The notes beneath the pieces were generated by a model. The model saw only the letters and a program-made list of their open reading frames with translations, had not been told where the DNA came from and did no database searches. A stretch of 64,000 nt of DNA. Source: an uncultured Chthonomonadaceae bacterium (lineage in GTDB: Bacteria; Armatimonadota; Chthonomonadetes; Chthonomonadales; Chthonomonadaceae). A program made the translations under genes and the position numbers. Below, piece by piece: positions 19,686-30,532 of this stretch. How positions within the stretch are numbered: position 1 is the stretch's first letter; each line of letters begins with the position of its first letter. The stretch is taken from assembly GCA_963835065.1 (NCBI GenBank), contig CAWIEK010000053.1:352001-416000 (forward strand), in the 5' to 3' direction.

Positions 19686-22600
19686 ATGAACAACCACAAC
19701 CAACCCCTCAATATGGACGCCATCCGCGCCAGGCTTTCGGGCGCGCGGGGCAAGCAGTACTGGCGCACTTTGGGCGAACTGCTGGGCAACAAAGATACGC
19801 AGGAGTTTCTGGCCGACGAGATTCCGCAGACCACGCGCATGGCGGGGCTGAACATGGATCGCCGCCAATTCCTGACGCTGGCCGGCGCATCCCTGGCTTT
19901 GGCTGGACTGAGCGGCTGCCGCTATAAGGAGCAGAAGAAGCTCGTTCCTTATGTGCGCAAGCCTGAAGAGATGATCGAAGGCATCCCGATGGTGTACGCG
20001 ACGGCCATTCCGAGCATCGGCGGGTACGGCTTGGGTTCGCTTGTCACGCAGCGCGAAGGCCGTCCGATTAAGATGGAAGGCAACCCCGACCATCCCGCCA
20101 GTTTGGGACGCTTGGACGCGCTGGGACAGGCTTCCATTCTGCCGCTGTACGACCCCGACCGCTCGCAGGTTGTCACCAGTCAGGGCGAAGTGAGTTCGTG
20201 GCGCGAGTTTTTTGAGCGGGCGCGGGGCGCGTTCGCCTTGCAGCGTGGTTCGGGCGGCGCGGGTATCCGCATCCTGACTGAAACCGTTACCTCCCCTACC
20301 CTTGCCGCGCAAATGCAGGGATTGCTCGCGCAGTTCCCCAACGCCCGGTGGGTGCAGTATGAGCCGGCGGGACGCGACAATGTGCGGGAAGGCGCAAGGC
20401 TTGCGTTCGGCGCTCCCGTCAATTCGGTTTACAATCTTGACAAAGCGAAGCGCATCCTGTCGCTTGACGCCGACTTTTTGATGTCCATGCCGGGAAGCGT
20501 CCGTTACGCCCGCGATTTCATTAACGGACGCCGGGTGCGCGGCGCAACCAACGCTGCGGACTTGAGCCGCTTGTACGTCGTGGAATGTTCGCCGAGCATC
20601 ACGGGCGCAATGGCCGACCACAAATTGCCGCTTCGCCCAAGCCAAATTGAGCCGTTTGCCCGCGCGGTTGCCGCCGGGTTGGGCGTTGCGGGCGCAAATG
20701 CCGGTACGTTGGACGCCAACGCGCAGAAACTTGCCAATGCGGTTGTGAAAGACCTGCAAGCCGCGCCGCGTGGTTCCAGCGTTGTCATTCCGGGTGATTT
20801 TCAGTCGCCTGCCGTTCACGTTCTTGCCCATGCCATTAACGAAGCGTTGGGAAGCGTTGGTACAGCCGTCACGCACACCGATCCGATTGAAGCCGCGCCG
20901 ACCAATCAGTTCAACGATTTGGTTCAGTTGACGAATGACATGCGCGAAGGCAAAGTGGACGTGCTGCTGATTTTGGGCGGCAACCCGCTGTACAACGCGC
21001 CCAAAGATTTAGACCTGCGCGATCAAATTCGCAAGCCCGCTTTCCGCGCCCATCTGGGACTGTACGAGGACGAGACTTCCGAGTTGTGCCAGTGGCATTT
21101 GCCGGAAACGCACTTTTTGGAAACGTGGAGCGACATTCGCGCTTACGACGGCACGGCTTCTATTATTCAGCCGCTCATCGAACCTTTGTACAGCAATAAA
21201 TCGGCGCATGAAGTGCTTTCCGGCCTGACTGAAGAGCCGCGCGACAGTTATACGATTGTGCAGGAGCATTGGGCGCGTCAGAATACGACGGGAACCTATG
21301 ATTTCAACAAGCTGCTGCACGACGGCGTGATTGCCAATACCGCTGCCGCGCCCCGAACGACAGCGTTCAACGCGGGCGTGATTGCGTCCCTGCCCGCCCC
21401 GGCTCCGACTGCGCTGCCCGCGAACGGCTTTGAAATCACCATTCGCCCCGACCCGCATATATGGGACGGACGCCACAGCAACAACGGCTGGCTGCAGGAA
21501 CTGCCCAAGCCGTTCGTGAAAGTGACGTGGGACAACGCCGCGTACATCAACCTGAACACGGCGGCCAAACTCCACATTCAATTGGATACCGATTACGCGC
21601 ACCCGTCCGACATTATTGAAGTATCGTTCAAAGATGGCAGCGGTACGCCCAGAACGGAAAAAGTACCGGTCATTATTCAGCCAGGCGTACCTGACGACAC
21701 CATCAACCTGTTTTTGGGTTATGGGCGGACGCGGGCGGGCAGTTTGGGCAACGACATCGGCTACAACGCTTACAACCTGTTTACCACGACTGCGCCCTGG
21801 CATTTCCCCGCGACAGTGGAACGATTGTCGGACACGTACCCGCTTGCCGTGACCACGCACCATCAGACTATGTATGGCCGCGACATCGTGCGCGTCGGCA
21901 GCATTTCGGAATTCAAGCGGCGTCCAAGCCTCGCTCCCGAAGAGGGGGGAGAACACGCGGGCGAAAACGGCAGCGACAAGCATGAAACGCCTAACCGCGA
22001 AGAGAACCTTGCGATTAAAAACGAAAACGGCGGAAAAGCGTTGGAGCAGCCCAATATATACCCCGCCGCAGAGTGGAAATGGCCGCAGCCGGGGGACACG
22101 CAGTATGGCGCGTATGCCTGGGGCATGGTGGTAGATCAGGGCGCGTGTATCGGCTGCAACGCCTGCATGGTCGCGTGTCAGGCGGAAAACAACATCCCGA
22201 TTGTCGGCAAGCAGCAGGTGCTTATCGGGCGGCACATGAACTGGATTCGCATTGACACGTATTACGAAGCGAACCCGGAACACCACGAGGATTACGTGAC
22301 TAATCCCGGCACGTACTTCCAGCCCATGATGTGCCAGCATTGCGAGCAAGCGCCGTGCGAACCCGTGTGCCCGGTTGCCGCCACGATTCACAGCCACGAG
22401 GGCCTGAATCAGATGATTTACAACCGGTGCATCGGAACCAAATACTGTTCCAACAACTGCCCGTACAAGGTGCGCCGCTTCAACTTCCTGAACTACGCCA
22501 ACTTCTTCGAGGTTCCCGTGATTAAGATGCGGTACAACCCGGAAGTGACCGTGCGCGGGCGCGGCGTGATGGAAAAATGCTCGTACTGCGTCCAGCGCAT

Positions 22601-22844
22601 CAACATTGCGCGGCAAACCGCCAAGATGCAGGAGCGCGACCTGGCCGACCACGAAATTGTCACGGCCTGCCAGCAAACCTGCCCGACCAACGCCATCGTG
22701 TTCGGCAACATCAACGACCCGAACAGCGAAGTCTCGAAACTGAAAGCAGAGCCGCACAACTACGGTGTGCTTGCCGACCTGAACACGCGCCCCCGCACGT
22801 CGTACCTGGGCCGTGTGCATAATCCGAATCCAGAACTGGGGTAG
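19686..22844 (+). CDS. actB: ACIII subunit B (TAT-variant molybdopterin-oxidoreductase-like domain + Fe-S domain)
   Basis: YWRTL, DRRQFL twin-Arg plus [54 protein letters not shown]...CQQTCP. Confidence 0.97.
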   Translation: MNNHNQPLNMDAIRARLSGARGKQYWRTLGELLGNKDTQEFLADEIPQTTRMAGLNMDRRQFLTLAGASLALAGLSGCRYKEQKKLVPYVRKPEEMIEGIPMVYATAIPSIGGYGLGSLVTQREGRPIKMEGNPDHPASLGRLDALGQASILPLYDPDRSQVVTSQGEVSSWREFFERARGAFALQRGSGGAGIRILTETVTSPTLAAQMQGLLAQFPNARWVQYEPAGRDNVREGARLAFGAPVNSVYNLDKAKRILSLDADFLMSMPGSVRYARDFINGRRVRGATNAADLSRLYVVECSPSITGAMADHKLPLRPSQIEPFARAVAAGLGVAGANAGTLDANAQKLANAVVKDLQAAPRGSSVVIPGDFQSPAVHVLAHAINEALGSVGTAVTHTDPIEAAPTNQFNDLVQLTNDMREGKVDVLLILGGNPLYNAPKDLDLRDQIRKPAFRAHLGLYEDETSELCQWHLPETHFLETWSDIRAYDGTASIIQPLIEPLYSNKSAHEVLSGLTEEPRDSYTIVQEHWARQNTTGTYDFNKLLHDGVIANTAAAPRTTAFNAGVIASLPAPAPTALPANGFEITIRPDPHIWDGRHSNNGWLQELPKPFVKVTWDNAAYINLNTAAKLHIQLDTDYAHPSDIIEVSFKDGSGTPRTEKVPVIIQPGVPDDTINLFLGYGRTRAGSLGNDIGYNAYNLFTTTAPWHFPATVERLSDTYPLAVTTHHQTMYGRDIVRVGSISEFKRRPSLAPEEGGEHAGENGSDKHETPNREENLAIKNENGGKALEQPNIYPAAEWKWPQPGDTQYGAYAWGMVVDQGACIGCNACMVACQAENNIPIVGKQQVLIGRHMNWIRIDTYYEANPEHHEDYVTNPGTYFQPMMCQHCEQAPCEPVCPVAATIHSHEGLNQMIYNRCIGTKYCSNNCPYKVRRFNFLNYANFFEVPVIKMRYNPEVTVRGRGVMEKCSYCVQRINIARQTAKMQERDLADHEIVTACQQTCPTNAIVFGNINDPNSEVSKLKAEPHNYGVLADLNTRPRTSYLGRVHNPNPELG

Positions 22845-22965
22845 TAGTCAGTAGTCAGTAGTCAGTAGTCAGTAGGAATCCTCTTCTCATATATCCGATA
22901 CTGACGCACAAAACTTTGAGTAGACCGGCATTTCTACTGACTACTGACTACTGACTACTGACTAC
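22843..22965. repeat. Heptamer-arm inverted element, sister of 19551
   Basis: Same heptamer and a similar spacer (..CGCACAAA.CTTTGAGTAGAC.GGCATTT). Confidence 0.95.
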
Positions 22966-22981
22966 CTCCTGGAGTATTACG

Positions 22982-24478
22982 TTGGCTGACGTTTATCCCA
23001 CCCCGAACCCTGCGCCGGGTGAAAATACCGAACCGACGGGCAATCGCCTGATCGGGGGCCGCAATACCTACGAGACGATCACGGATCGCATCGGGCGCAT
23101 CGTGCTGAATCAGGCCGGACACCCGCTGCCCTGGTATGTCATGGCGGGCATCGGGTTTTTGCTGCTCAACCTGCTGATGTACACTATCGTCTATCTGCTG
23201 TGGATGGGCGTCGGCATCTGGGGCATCAATGAGCCGTCCGCGTGGGGCTTCGACATCATCAACTTCGTGTGGTGGATCGGTATCGGCCATGCGGGAACGC
23301 TGATTTCGGCCATTCTGCTGCTGCTCAGACAGCAATGGCGTACCAGTATCAACCGCTTTGCGGAAGCCATGACGCTGTTCGCGGTTTCGTGTGCCGGCCT
23401 GTTCCCACTCCTGCATACAGGGCGTCCCTGGTGCGCGTACTGGATGTTCCCCTATCCGAGCATCCTGGCGATGTGGCCGCAGTTCCGCAGCCCGCTAATT
23501 TGGGACGTGTTCGCGGTTTCCACGTATGCGACGGTTTCCGCTGTGTTCTGGTTTATCGGCCTGATACCCGACCTTGCCAGTCTGCGCGACCGGGCGACCA
23601 ACGTGTACGCCAAAGTCCTCTTCGGCGCGGGCGCATTGGGCTGGCGCGGTTCGGCTGCGCACTGGCAGCGCTATGAAAGCGCGTACCTGATTTTGGCCGG
23701 GTTGTCTACGCCGCTCGTGCTTTCGGTCCACTCCATCGTGAGTTTCGACTTCTCCGTTGGAATCGTTCCGGGCTGGCACACGACGATTTTCCCGCCGTAC
23801 TTCGTCGCGGGCGCGGTTTTCGCCGGGTTTGCAATGGTTATCACGTTCGCCATTCCCCTGCGCAAGATGTATCATCTGGAAGACTTCATCACGATGAAGC
23901 ATCTTGACTGGATGGCGAAGATCATGCTCACGACGGGCCTGATTGTCGCTTACGGCTACCTGATGGAAGTGTTCTTCGGCTGGTACGGCGGCGACAAGTA
24001 CGAAATGGACATGCTGCGGTTCCGCATTTTCAGCCCCGCGTATGGCTGGTCGTACTGGGTGCTGATCTGCACAAACATTCTGATTCCGCAGTTGATGTGG
24101 TTCAAAAAGTACCGCATGAACCTGAAAATACTGTTCCTTGTGTGCCAGTCGGTCAGTATCGGGATGTGGTTCGAGCGGTTCGTGATTATTCCGGTCAGCC
24201 TGCACCGCGATTATCTGCCGTCCAGCTGGAACTACTATGTGCCGCGCCCGTTCGATTACACGATGTTCCTGGGCACGATTGGGCAGTTCATTTTCCTGAT
24301 GTTCCTGTTCATCCGGTTCCTGCCGATGATCTCGATCTTTGAAATGCGCGAACTGCTGCACCACGAAAGCCACACACACGGCGACGAACACGGCACGGGT
24401 GGGCATCACGGCCATGTTTCCCCGGGCGGCGAGCAAGCCAACGCTGTTACCAGTCCTGCGGGATTGAAGCATGAGTGA
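22982..24478 (+). CDS. actC: ACIII subunit C (NrfD/PsrC family quinol-binding membrane subunit)
   Basis: WGFDIINFVWWIGIGHAGTLISA, INRFAEAMT, SPLIWDVFAV, GWHTTIFPPYFVAGA, GMWFERF. Confidence 0.97.
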   Translation: MADVYPTPNPAPGENTEPTGNRLIGGRNTYETITDRIGRIVLNQAGHPLPWYVMAGIGFLLLNLLMYTIVYLLWMGVGIWGINEPSAWGFDIINFVWWIGIGHAGTLISAILLLLRQQWRTSINRFAEAMTLFAVSCAGLFPLLHTGRPWCAYWMFPYPSILAMWPQFRSPLIWDVFAVSTYATVSAVFWFIGLIPDLASLRDRATNVYAKVLFGAGALGWRGSAAHWQRYESAYLILAGLSTPLVLSVHSIVSFDFSVGIVPGWHTTIFPPYFVAGAVFAGFAMVITFAIPLRKMYHLEDFITMKHLDWMAKIMLTTGLIVAYGYLMEVFFGWYGGDKYEMDMLRFRIFSPAYGWSYWVLICTNILIPQLMWFKKYRMNLKILFLVCQSVSIGMWFERFVIIPVSLHRDYLPSSWNYYVPRPFDYTMFLGTIGQFIFLMFLFIRFLPMISIFEMRELLHHESHTHGDEHGTGGHHGHVSPGGEQANAVTSPAGLKHE

Positions 24479-24600
24479 AGGCATTAGGCATTAGGCATTA
24501 GGCATTAGGAAGAACTTGACTGATGCCAGATGGGTGAAATTGCGCATGTATGGTGAAATCAGGATTTTCCTAATGCCTAATGCCTAATGCCTAATGCCTG
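24479..24600. repeat. Heptamer-arm inverted element (AGGCATT)n - spacer - (AATGCCT)n
   Basis: Read directly; spacer similar in reverse orientation to the 39456 element. Confidence 0.95.
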
Positions 24601-24610
24601 AGGAACGAAC

Positions 24611-25165
24611 GTGTTACACGAGACGACAACACCCCGTTTATACGGCATGGCGGCGGAATTCGAGACGCCCGAAGACCTGGTTGCGGCGGTCCAGGCGGCA
24701 AGGCGGGCGGGCTATCGGCGGATGGATGCGTACACGCCGTTCCCGGTGGGCGGATTGTATGAGGAAGACGCGCTCAACCTCAACGACTGGCGGATTCCCT
24801 GGGCGGTGTTCCTGGCCGGTCTGGCGGGCGCGGCGGGCGGCATGGGGCTGCAATGGTATACCAGCGTTTGCGATTATCCCTGGAACGTGGGTGGCAAGCC
24901 TGCGTTCAGCTGGCCGCAATTTATCCCGGTGACGTTTGAATGTACCATTCTGCTGGCCGCATTAACGGCTGCCGGAGTCATGATCGGCTTCAATGGCCTG
25001 CCGCGCCCGCACCATCCGATTTTCAACGCGCCGCGCTTTGAACTGGCGTCGCAAACGCGCTTTTTCTTCTGCATCGAATCGAGCGATCCGAAATTTGACC
25101 GCGAAGAAACCGAAGAATTCCTGCTTGGCCTGAACCCCTTCCAGGTTTCAGAAGTCGAGAATTGA
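24611..25165 (+). CDS. actD: ACIII subunit D (DUF3341)
   Basis: AEFETPEDL, DAYTPFPV, YPWNVGGKP..SWPQFIPVTFE. Confidence 0.95.
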   Translation: MLHETTTPRLYGMAAEFETPEDLVAAVQAARRAGYRRMDAYTPFPVGGLYEEDALNLNDWRIPWAVFLAGLAGAAGGMGLQWYTSVCDYPWNVGGKPAFSWPQFIPVTFECTILLAALTAAGVMIGFNGLPRPHHPIFNAPRFELASQTRFFFCIESSDPKFDREETEEFLLGLNPFQVSEVEN

Positions 25166-25182
25166 GGTTTAGGAACGTGACC

Positions 25183-26239
25183 ATGCGAGTTTCCTTCCGC
25201 ATACAACGCAATAAGGTTTTGCTGCTTGCCCCAACGACGCTGCTCGTAGGACTGGCGGGCTGCCATACGGATATGTGGGTACAGCCCAAAGTGAAGCCAC
25301 AGTATTCCAGTGACTTTTTCCCGGATCAGCAGGCGCAGCGTCCCTTGCAGCCGCATACCGTGAGTCGGGGGCAATACTGGACGGACTCGGCGCGCTATAC
25401 GGGTTTTGACAACAGCCTGAAAATAGCGACCGTGTTTCCGTTCAAGATCACGGAGCAGGATATAAAGCGCGGGCAGGAGCGGTTCAATATTTATTGTTCG
25501 CCGTGTCACGGCGCGTTGGGCAACGGGCAGGGGATGATCGCGCAGCGCGGCTTTGCTCTGCGCCGACAGCCCGGCAATTATCATGAGAAGCGTCTGATCG
25601 AGGCGCCCTGTCGGCCACTTCTACGACGTGATTACCAACGGCTACGGCACGATGTACTCCTATGCGTCCCGCGTGGAGCCGGATGACAGGTGGCGCATCG
25701 TGGCCTACATTCGCGCCTTGCAGCGCAGCCAGAACGCGGGGCGTGGGGATATGGACGAAAAAGACTCGCGCTTTACGGACGCCGCCAAAAAGCAGATTGA
25801 CAGTTTTGTGCCACCGCCGTCAGGGAACAGGGGACAGGGCACAGGAAACAGTAATAGTCCGGGCGCTGGTGGTACGGGTTCTGCTACCAATCCCGCGCCG
25901 CTTGCGGATACGCCGGTTCCGAACACGCCCGCGAATGGTGCGCGACAGCCCGCTCCCGGAACGCCGCCGCAGGGAACCGTCAATGCTCCGGGCGCTCCCA
26001 ACGGGGGAAACACGCCGGGAACGCCCGCGAACGGGGGCGCGATGGGCGCGCCGACAAATACCATGCCGGGTGGGGCAACGGGATCGGGTACGATACGCCA
26101 TCGACCCGGAACCGTCTCGAACAGCGAGAATCAGGGTGGCTTGAGGCCACCGTCCGCCAATCAATCAACGCCGCCATCGGCAGGCGCGAGTCAGACACCG
26201 CCATCGGCAGGGGGGAACAATGGCACAGGTAATAGATAA
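25183..26239 (+). CDS. actE: ACIII subunit E monoheme cytochrome c lipoprotein with a Pro/Gly-rich tail; 1-nt frameshift near 25607
   Basis: LAGC, DMWVQPK, RGQERFNIYCSPCHG; removing one C restores EAPVGHFYDVITNGYGTM...DRWRIVAYIRALQ. Confidence 0.9.
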
Positions 26240-27464
26240 TACGCGGCAGTTCCCCGCCGAATGGGAGAAGATAGGGAACAACGGCAAGTGGGCGGGCATC
26301 CTCGCCCTGGCCGGACTGGTACTCGGCTGCTTCCTGCTGCATCTTTTCGGCGGCACGGAGATACTGTTTTATCAGGCGTGGATGTACGGCTGGGTTTTCT
26401 GGATGTCCGTTACGCTCGGCTGCTTCATCTTTATGCTGCTGACTAATATCACGCGGGCGACCTGGGGTTTTCCCATTCTGCGCCTGCTGGAAGCCGGGGC
26501 AAAGATGTTCCCCTGGATGTTCGTGATGTTCCTGCCCATTATCGCCAACGTCTGGATGGGAACGCACAGCATCTATCCCTGGGCCGATTACGCGACTGCC
26601 CACGCCGACGAGAAAATGGCGCACCGCTACGGCTTTATGAACCCGACCGTCTGGACATTAGGCACGATTTTGTACTTCGGTATCTGGACGCTGATTACGT
26701 ACCTGCTTACGCGGCTGTCGGCGGATCAGGATCGCACCCGTGACGGCAGGATTATACAAAGGCGCGTAGACCTGTCTTCTATCAGTTTCTGCGTGATGAT
26801 GCTGTCCGGTACGTTCGCTTATGTGCATTGGGTGATGTCGCTGGATCGGCACTGGTACTCGACCATTTACGCCGCGTGGTACCTGGCAGGCTCCGCCCTC
26901 ACCGCCCTGAGTTTCATGGTGATTATTGCGACGACGCTGTTCATGCGCGGACAAGCGACGTATGCAAGTATCGTTACGCCCAAAGCCCTCAAGGACTGGG
27001 GCAACCTGATGCTGACGCTATCCATGGTGTGGGCGTACTTCTCGGTGTCGCAGTTCATCATTACGTGGTCGGGCAACCTGCCGGAAGAAATTACCTACTA
27101 CATTCAGCGCAACAACGGCACGACCGCGTATGTGACGACGTTCCTTGTTTTCGCCATGTTCTTCGGGCCGTTCCTGTGCCTGATTTCGGGACGCACCAAG
27201 CGGACACCCATGCTGCTGCGCTCCGTCGCCATCTGGATTTTCGGCGTCCGTATTCTGGAATCGTTCTGGAACATTGTGCCGTTTTACCAGAAAAACCTGT
27301 ACACGGAACTAGTTTCGCAGTTCAATTTCGCGTACCTGTGGGCCGTGATCGGTATCGGCGGCTTGTGGATGTTCGGGTTCTTCTGGTACGCGCGCCGCGC
27401 CCCGCTCGTGTCCATCGAAGACGCGGCAGAGTTGAAATATCTGGAGGAGGCCGCTCATGCCTAG
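26220..27464 (+). CDS. actF: ACIII subunit F (NrfD-like membrane subunit)
   Basis: WVMSLDRHWYST, WAYFSVSQFIITWSGNLPEE. Confidence 0.93.
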   Translation: MAQVIDNTRQFPAEWEKIGNNGKWAGILALAGLVLGCFLLHLFGGTEILFYQAWMYGWVFWMSVTLGCFIFMLLTNITRATWGFPILRLLEAGAKMFPWMFVMFLPIIANVWMGTHSIYPWADYATAHADEKMAHRYGFMNPTVWTLGTILYFGIWTLITYLLTRLSADQDRTRDGRIIQRRVDLSSISFCVMMLSGTFAYVHWVMSLDRHWYSTIYAAWYLAGSALTALSFMVIIATTLFMRGQATYASIVTPKALKDWGNLMLTLSMVWAYFSVSQFIITWSGNLPEEITYYIQRNNGTTAYVTTFLVFAMFFGPFLCLISGRTKRTPMLLRSVAIWIFGVRILESFWNIVPFYQKNLYTELVSQFNFAYLWAVIGIGGLWMFGFFWYARRAPLVSIEDAAELKYLEEAAHA

Positions 27465-28146
27465 CAGTGAATCAAACGATGCTCACGGGCACGACAACCC
27501 GACGCCCATTCCCGATTCGGGCCGCTTGTACGAAACGCGCGACGCTTCGCTGAACGTGATTGCGCCCTGGCTGGCCTTCCTGTTCGTGTTCGTTGCGGGC
27601 GCGGCAGGCACGGTATGGATCCTGTTTCACTTCGTATTTGTACCCGGCGGTGAAGAGAAATCGCAGTTTCCGCTAACGTACTCGCGCCAACTGCCGCCCG
27701 GCCCGCGCCTGCAGGCCAATGCCGTACAGGACATCAAGGACTACCGCGCCAACGAGGAAGCCGCTGTCAACTCTTATGGGCGCGACCCGCGCAGTGGAGC
27801 CATACATATTCCCGTTGACCGCGCCATGACATTAGTTCTAAACGAACTGCCGATACGTCCGGGCGCGGGGCCAGTGGACATGCGCGCCACCACGCAGCCC
27901 TATACCCCGCCGATTATGGACGGCAAAGACCCTGGTTCTGACGCGCCGCCGATTAGCGGCATGATGGACGCGCACGGCAACGGCGGCACAATGGGCCAGC
28001 CCGGCATGAACCCGCAGCAAAGCACGATGCCAACGCCCAACGCGCCAGGCGTTTCCACGCCGTCGCCAACCAATGGCAACGGCACGAACAGCGGCGGCGG
28101 ATTGCCTTTGCCGCTCTCCGACCCGAATTCAACGGGAACGCCGTAG
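27457..28146 (+). CDS. actG: ACIII subunit G-like single-TM protein
   Basis: YETRDA, one TM, PPGPRLQ, YG...HIPVDRAM; position after actF. Confidence 0.8.
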   Translation: MPSSESNDAHGHDNPTPIPDSGRLYETRDASLNVIAPWLAFLFVFVAGAAGTVWILFHFVFVPGGEEKSQFPLTYSRQLPPGPRLQANAVQDIKDYRANEEAAVNSYGRDPRSGAIHIPVDRAMTLVLNELPIRPGAGPVDMRATTQPYTPPIMDGKDPGSDAPPISGMMDAHGNGGTMGQPGMNPQQSTMPTPNAPGVSTPSPTNGNGTNSGGGLPLPLSDPNSTGTP

Positions 28147-28267
28147 CCGCAGCAGGCGGGATTGGAGCGCGTTCGGCATAGCAGATGCCACGAACGCGCA
28201 GCAAACGCGACTGGTGAATCGTATACATTAGTGACGACTGATGTGATGTTTGATGTGAGTAAGAAAG

Positions 28268-29197
28268 TTGGATGAACGCATGGTACGAACAGCCCGGTTT
28301 TCATGGGGCGCACAAGCGTTGACATTAAGCGTGGCCGCTTGTCTCGCATTGCTGGCGCAGAGTGGCGTGTCGGCGCAGACCCGCAAGCCCAATGTCGGCC
28401 TGTCGAACGGACAATCCGCGCTAACCGCCACGCCCGATGTGCATTTTGACCAGAAGGTGAACGAGACGGTTTCGGTAGACTTGCCGTTCGTGGATGAGAA
28501 TGGCAAAAACGTGATGCTGCGCGATTACATCAACGGCAAGCAGCCCGTTATCCTGATGCTGCCGTTTTTCAAGTGCGCCGGAGCCTGCAACACGGAACAG
28601 GCCGGCCTGATGAGCGCTATCAACGGCATGAAATATTCGCCGGGACGCGACTTTCAGGTGGTCATGGTCAGCATCAATCCCTTTGAAACGCCCGCGATGG
28701 CGCTGGCGAAGAAGAACGAGTACACGGCCACGCTGACCGATAAGGACGCCGCAAAAGGCATTCACTACCTGACGTCTCCCAATCACGCCGACATTCGCAA
28801 GCTGACTGAAGCGGTAGGCTTCCATTACGTCGAAGACCTAAAAACACAGCAGTTCGGCCACGCGACGGGTTTTGTCGTGCTGACGCCGCAGGCGAAAACG
28901 TTCCGCTACTTTTATGGCAGCGATTACAACCCGCGCGACATAAAACTGGCGCTCACGGAAGCCGGCGAAAACAAAATCGGCTCGTATATAGACCAGATTC
29001 TCATCCTGTGCTACCATTATGACCCGACAACCGGCAAATACGGCCTGTACGTTGTACGCATCAGCCAGGTATTAGGCATCGCGACCGTGCTGATCCTCGC
29101 CACCAGCATCGGCCTGATGCTGCGCTCGGAGAAGAGACAGGCGAAGGAAGACGGAATACGGAATACGGTAGACGGCAACGCTTCTCCCCTTACATGA
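28268..29197 (+). CDS. SCO1/SenC family copper chaperone
   Basis: CAGAC (CxxxC), VSINP, QFGH, CYHYDPTTGKY. Confidence 0.92.
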   Translation: MDERMVRTARFSWGAQALTLSVAACLALLAQSGVSAQTRKPNVGLSNGQSALTATPDVHFDQKVNETVSVDLPFVDENGKNVMLRDYINGKQPVILMLPFFKCAGACNTEQAGLMSAINGMKYSPGRDFQVVMVSINPFETPAMALAKKNEYTATLTDKDAAKGIHYLTSPNHADIRKLTEAVGFHYVEDLKTQQFGHATGFVVLTPQAKTFRYFYGSDYNPRDIKLALTEAGENKIGSYIDQILILCYHYDPTTGKYGLYVVRISQVLGIATVLILATSIGLMLRSEKRQAKEDGIRNTVDGNASPLT

Positions 29198-29267
29198 TTT
29201 CGGGATTCAAGAAGGTGACGGCACGAACGGTTTTCTACCGTCTACCGTCTACCGTCTACCATCTACC
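29149..29267. repeat. Degenerate heptamer-arm inverted element (ACGGTAG/CTACCGT); left arm inside the SCO 3' end
   Basis: ACGGAATACGGAATACGGTAGACGG ... (TCTACCG)x3 plus a degenerate unit. Confidence 0.7.
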
Positions 29268-29284
29268 TTTTGGAGTTCTCACTA

Positions 29285-30427
29285 ATGAACTTTCCCATAG
29301 CTCCCGAACAGGCTTCGACGTATGCCATGGACGTGGACAACATCTTTACGGTGCTGTGCCTGCTCACGCTGTTTTTTACAACGCTGGTGCTGTCCCTGGT
29401 CATGTTTCTCTCCATACGCTACCGGCGCGGGTCCCGCTACTCGCGTAAGGGCGCGGTGGACGAACATATCGTTTTGGAATTGTCGTGGTCTATCGGGCCT
29501 TTGTTTATCGCGCTTGGCGTGTTTTTGTGGGCGGCAAGGCCGTTTACGGAAGTGTACCGCCCGCCCGCTGACGCCAAAGAGATATTCGTGATCGGCAAGC
29601 GGTGGATGTGGCACATGCAGCATGCCAACGGCATCCGCGAAAATAACGAGCTGCATATTCCCGTCGGCGAACCGATCAAGCTGACCATGATTTCGCAGGA
29701 TGTTATTCACGGCTTTTTCGTACCCGCCTTCCGGGTGAAGCGCGACGTGCTGCCGGGACGATACAATACCTGTTGGTTTTTACCGACAAGACCGGGCAAG
29801 TACCACCTGTTCTGCTCGGAATACTGCGGAACCAACCACTCCGAAATGACCGGTTGGGTTTACGTGATGGATCCCGCCGATTATCAGGCATGGTCGGATA
29901 CAGGCGGAACGCGGGATACACAGGAACACGAAACCATTACTTCACAGGGCGAAAGCCTGTATAACACGCTTGGATGCGCGAATTGCCACGCCGCGCAAAA
30001 CAATGTTCACGGCCCCACCCTGTACGGCATTTACGGCAAGGTGCGCCAGTTTACCAACGGCGGCACGGGAATTGCGGACGACAACTATTTGCGAACGTCT
30101 ATCATTAATCCGACGGCAGAGGTGGTGCAGGGCTACTCGTCGTGGGGCATGCCCGCGTATCCCGTCGGCCCGCAACAGGGACAGTTGACGGAAGAACAGG
30201 TGCTTTCCCTTGTCGCCTACATCAAGACATTGGGCGTTGCGCCAACGAGCGCGGACAAAACAACCAATAGCGCGGCTCCGGGTCAATCGGGCGGCAACGC
30301 TCCGGTAAAGCCGAATGGAAACACGTCCGCGCAGCCCATGAACGGCGCATCTGCAACCGGCGCTTCAACGAGTTTGCTGCCGCCGGACAATGCCACCGGG
30401 CAGGCCGGCTCCGCATCCCGTCCCTAA
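29285..30427 (+). CDS. coxB: Cytochrome c oxidase subunit II with a fused cytochrome c (caa3 type)
   Basis: DVIHGF, CuA motif CSEYCGTNHSEM, C-terminal CANCH. Confidence 0.97.
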   Translation: MNFPIAPEQASTYAMDVDNIFTVLCLLTLFFTTLVLSLVMFLSIRYRRGSRYSRKGAVDEHIVLELSWSIGPLFIALGVFLWAARPFTEVYRPPADAKEIFVIGKRWMWHMQHANGIRENNELHIPVGEPIKLTMISQDVIHGFFVPAFRVKRDVLPGRYNTCWFLPTRPGKYHLFCSEYCGTNHSEMTGWVYVMDPADYQAWSDTGGTRDTQEHETITSQGESLYNTLGCANCHAAQNNVHGPTLYGIYGKVRQFTNGGTGIADDNYLRTSIINPTAEVVQGYSSWGMPAYPVGPQQGQLTEEQVLSLVAYIKTLGVAPTSADKTTNSAAPGQSGGNAPVKPNGNTSAQPMNGASATGASTSLLPPDNATGQAGSASRP

Positions 30428-30433
30428 TTTTTT

Positions 30434-30486
30434 CGTCCGTAGGACGACTGGCCGAAGGCCACAAAACCGACTTTTTATAAGTCGGC
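30434..30486 (-). repeat. REP-like unit (stem-loop + CGTCCTACGGACG)
   Basis: On -: GCCGACTT-ATAAA-AAGTCGGT...CGTCCTACGGACG. Confidence 0.6.
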
Positions 30487-30532
30487 TACTGTAAGGCGGA
30501 CTTACGCCGCAGTGTACCGGCAGGAAAACATT

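Noticed and set aside
19671..24484. Long antisense ORFs (19671-20876, 21009-22820, 23495-24484; also 30365-31471, 45887-47239)
   Set aside because: Shadow ORFs opposite clearly identified genes in GC-rich DNA.
25600..25615. Programmed frameshifting in actE
   Set aside because: No slippery heptamer; similar single-base indels occur across unrelated genes.
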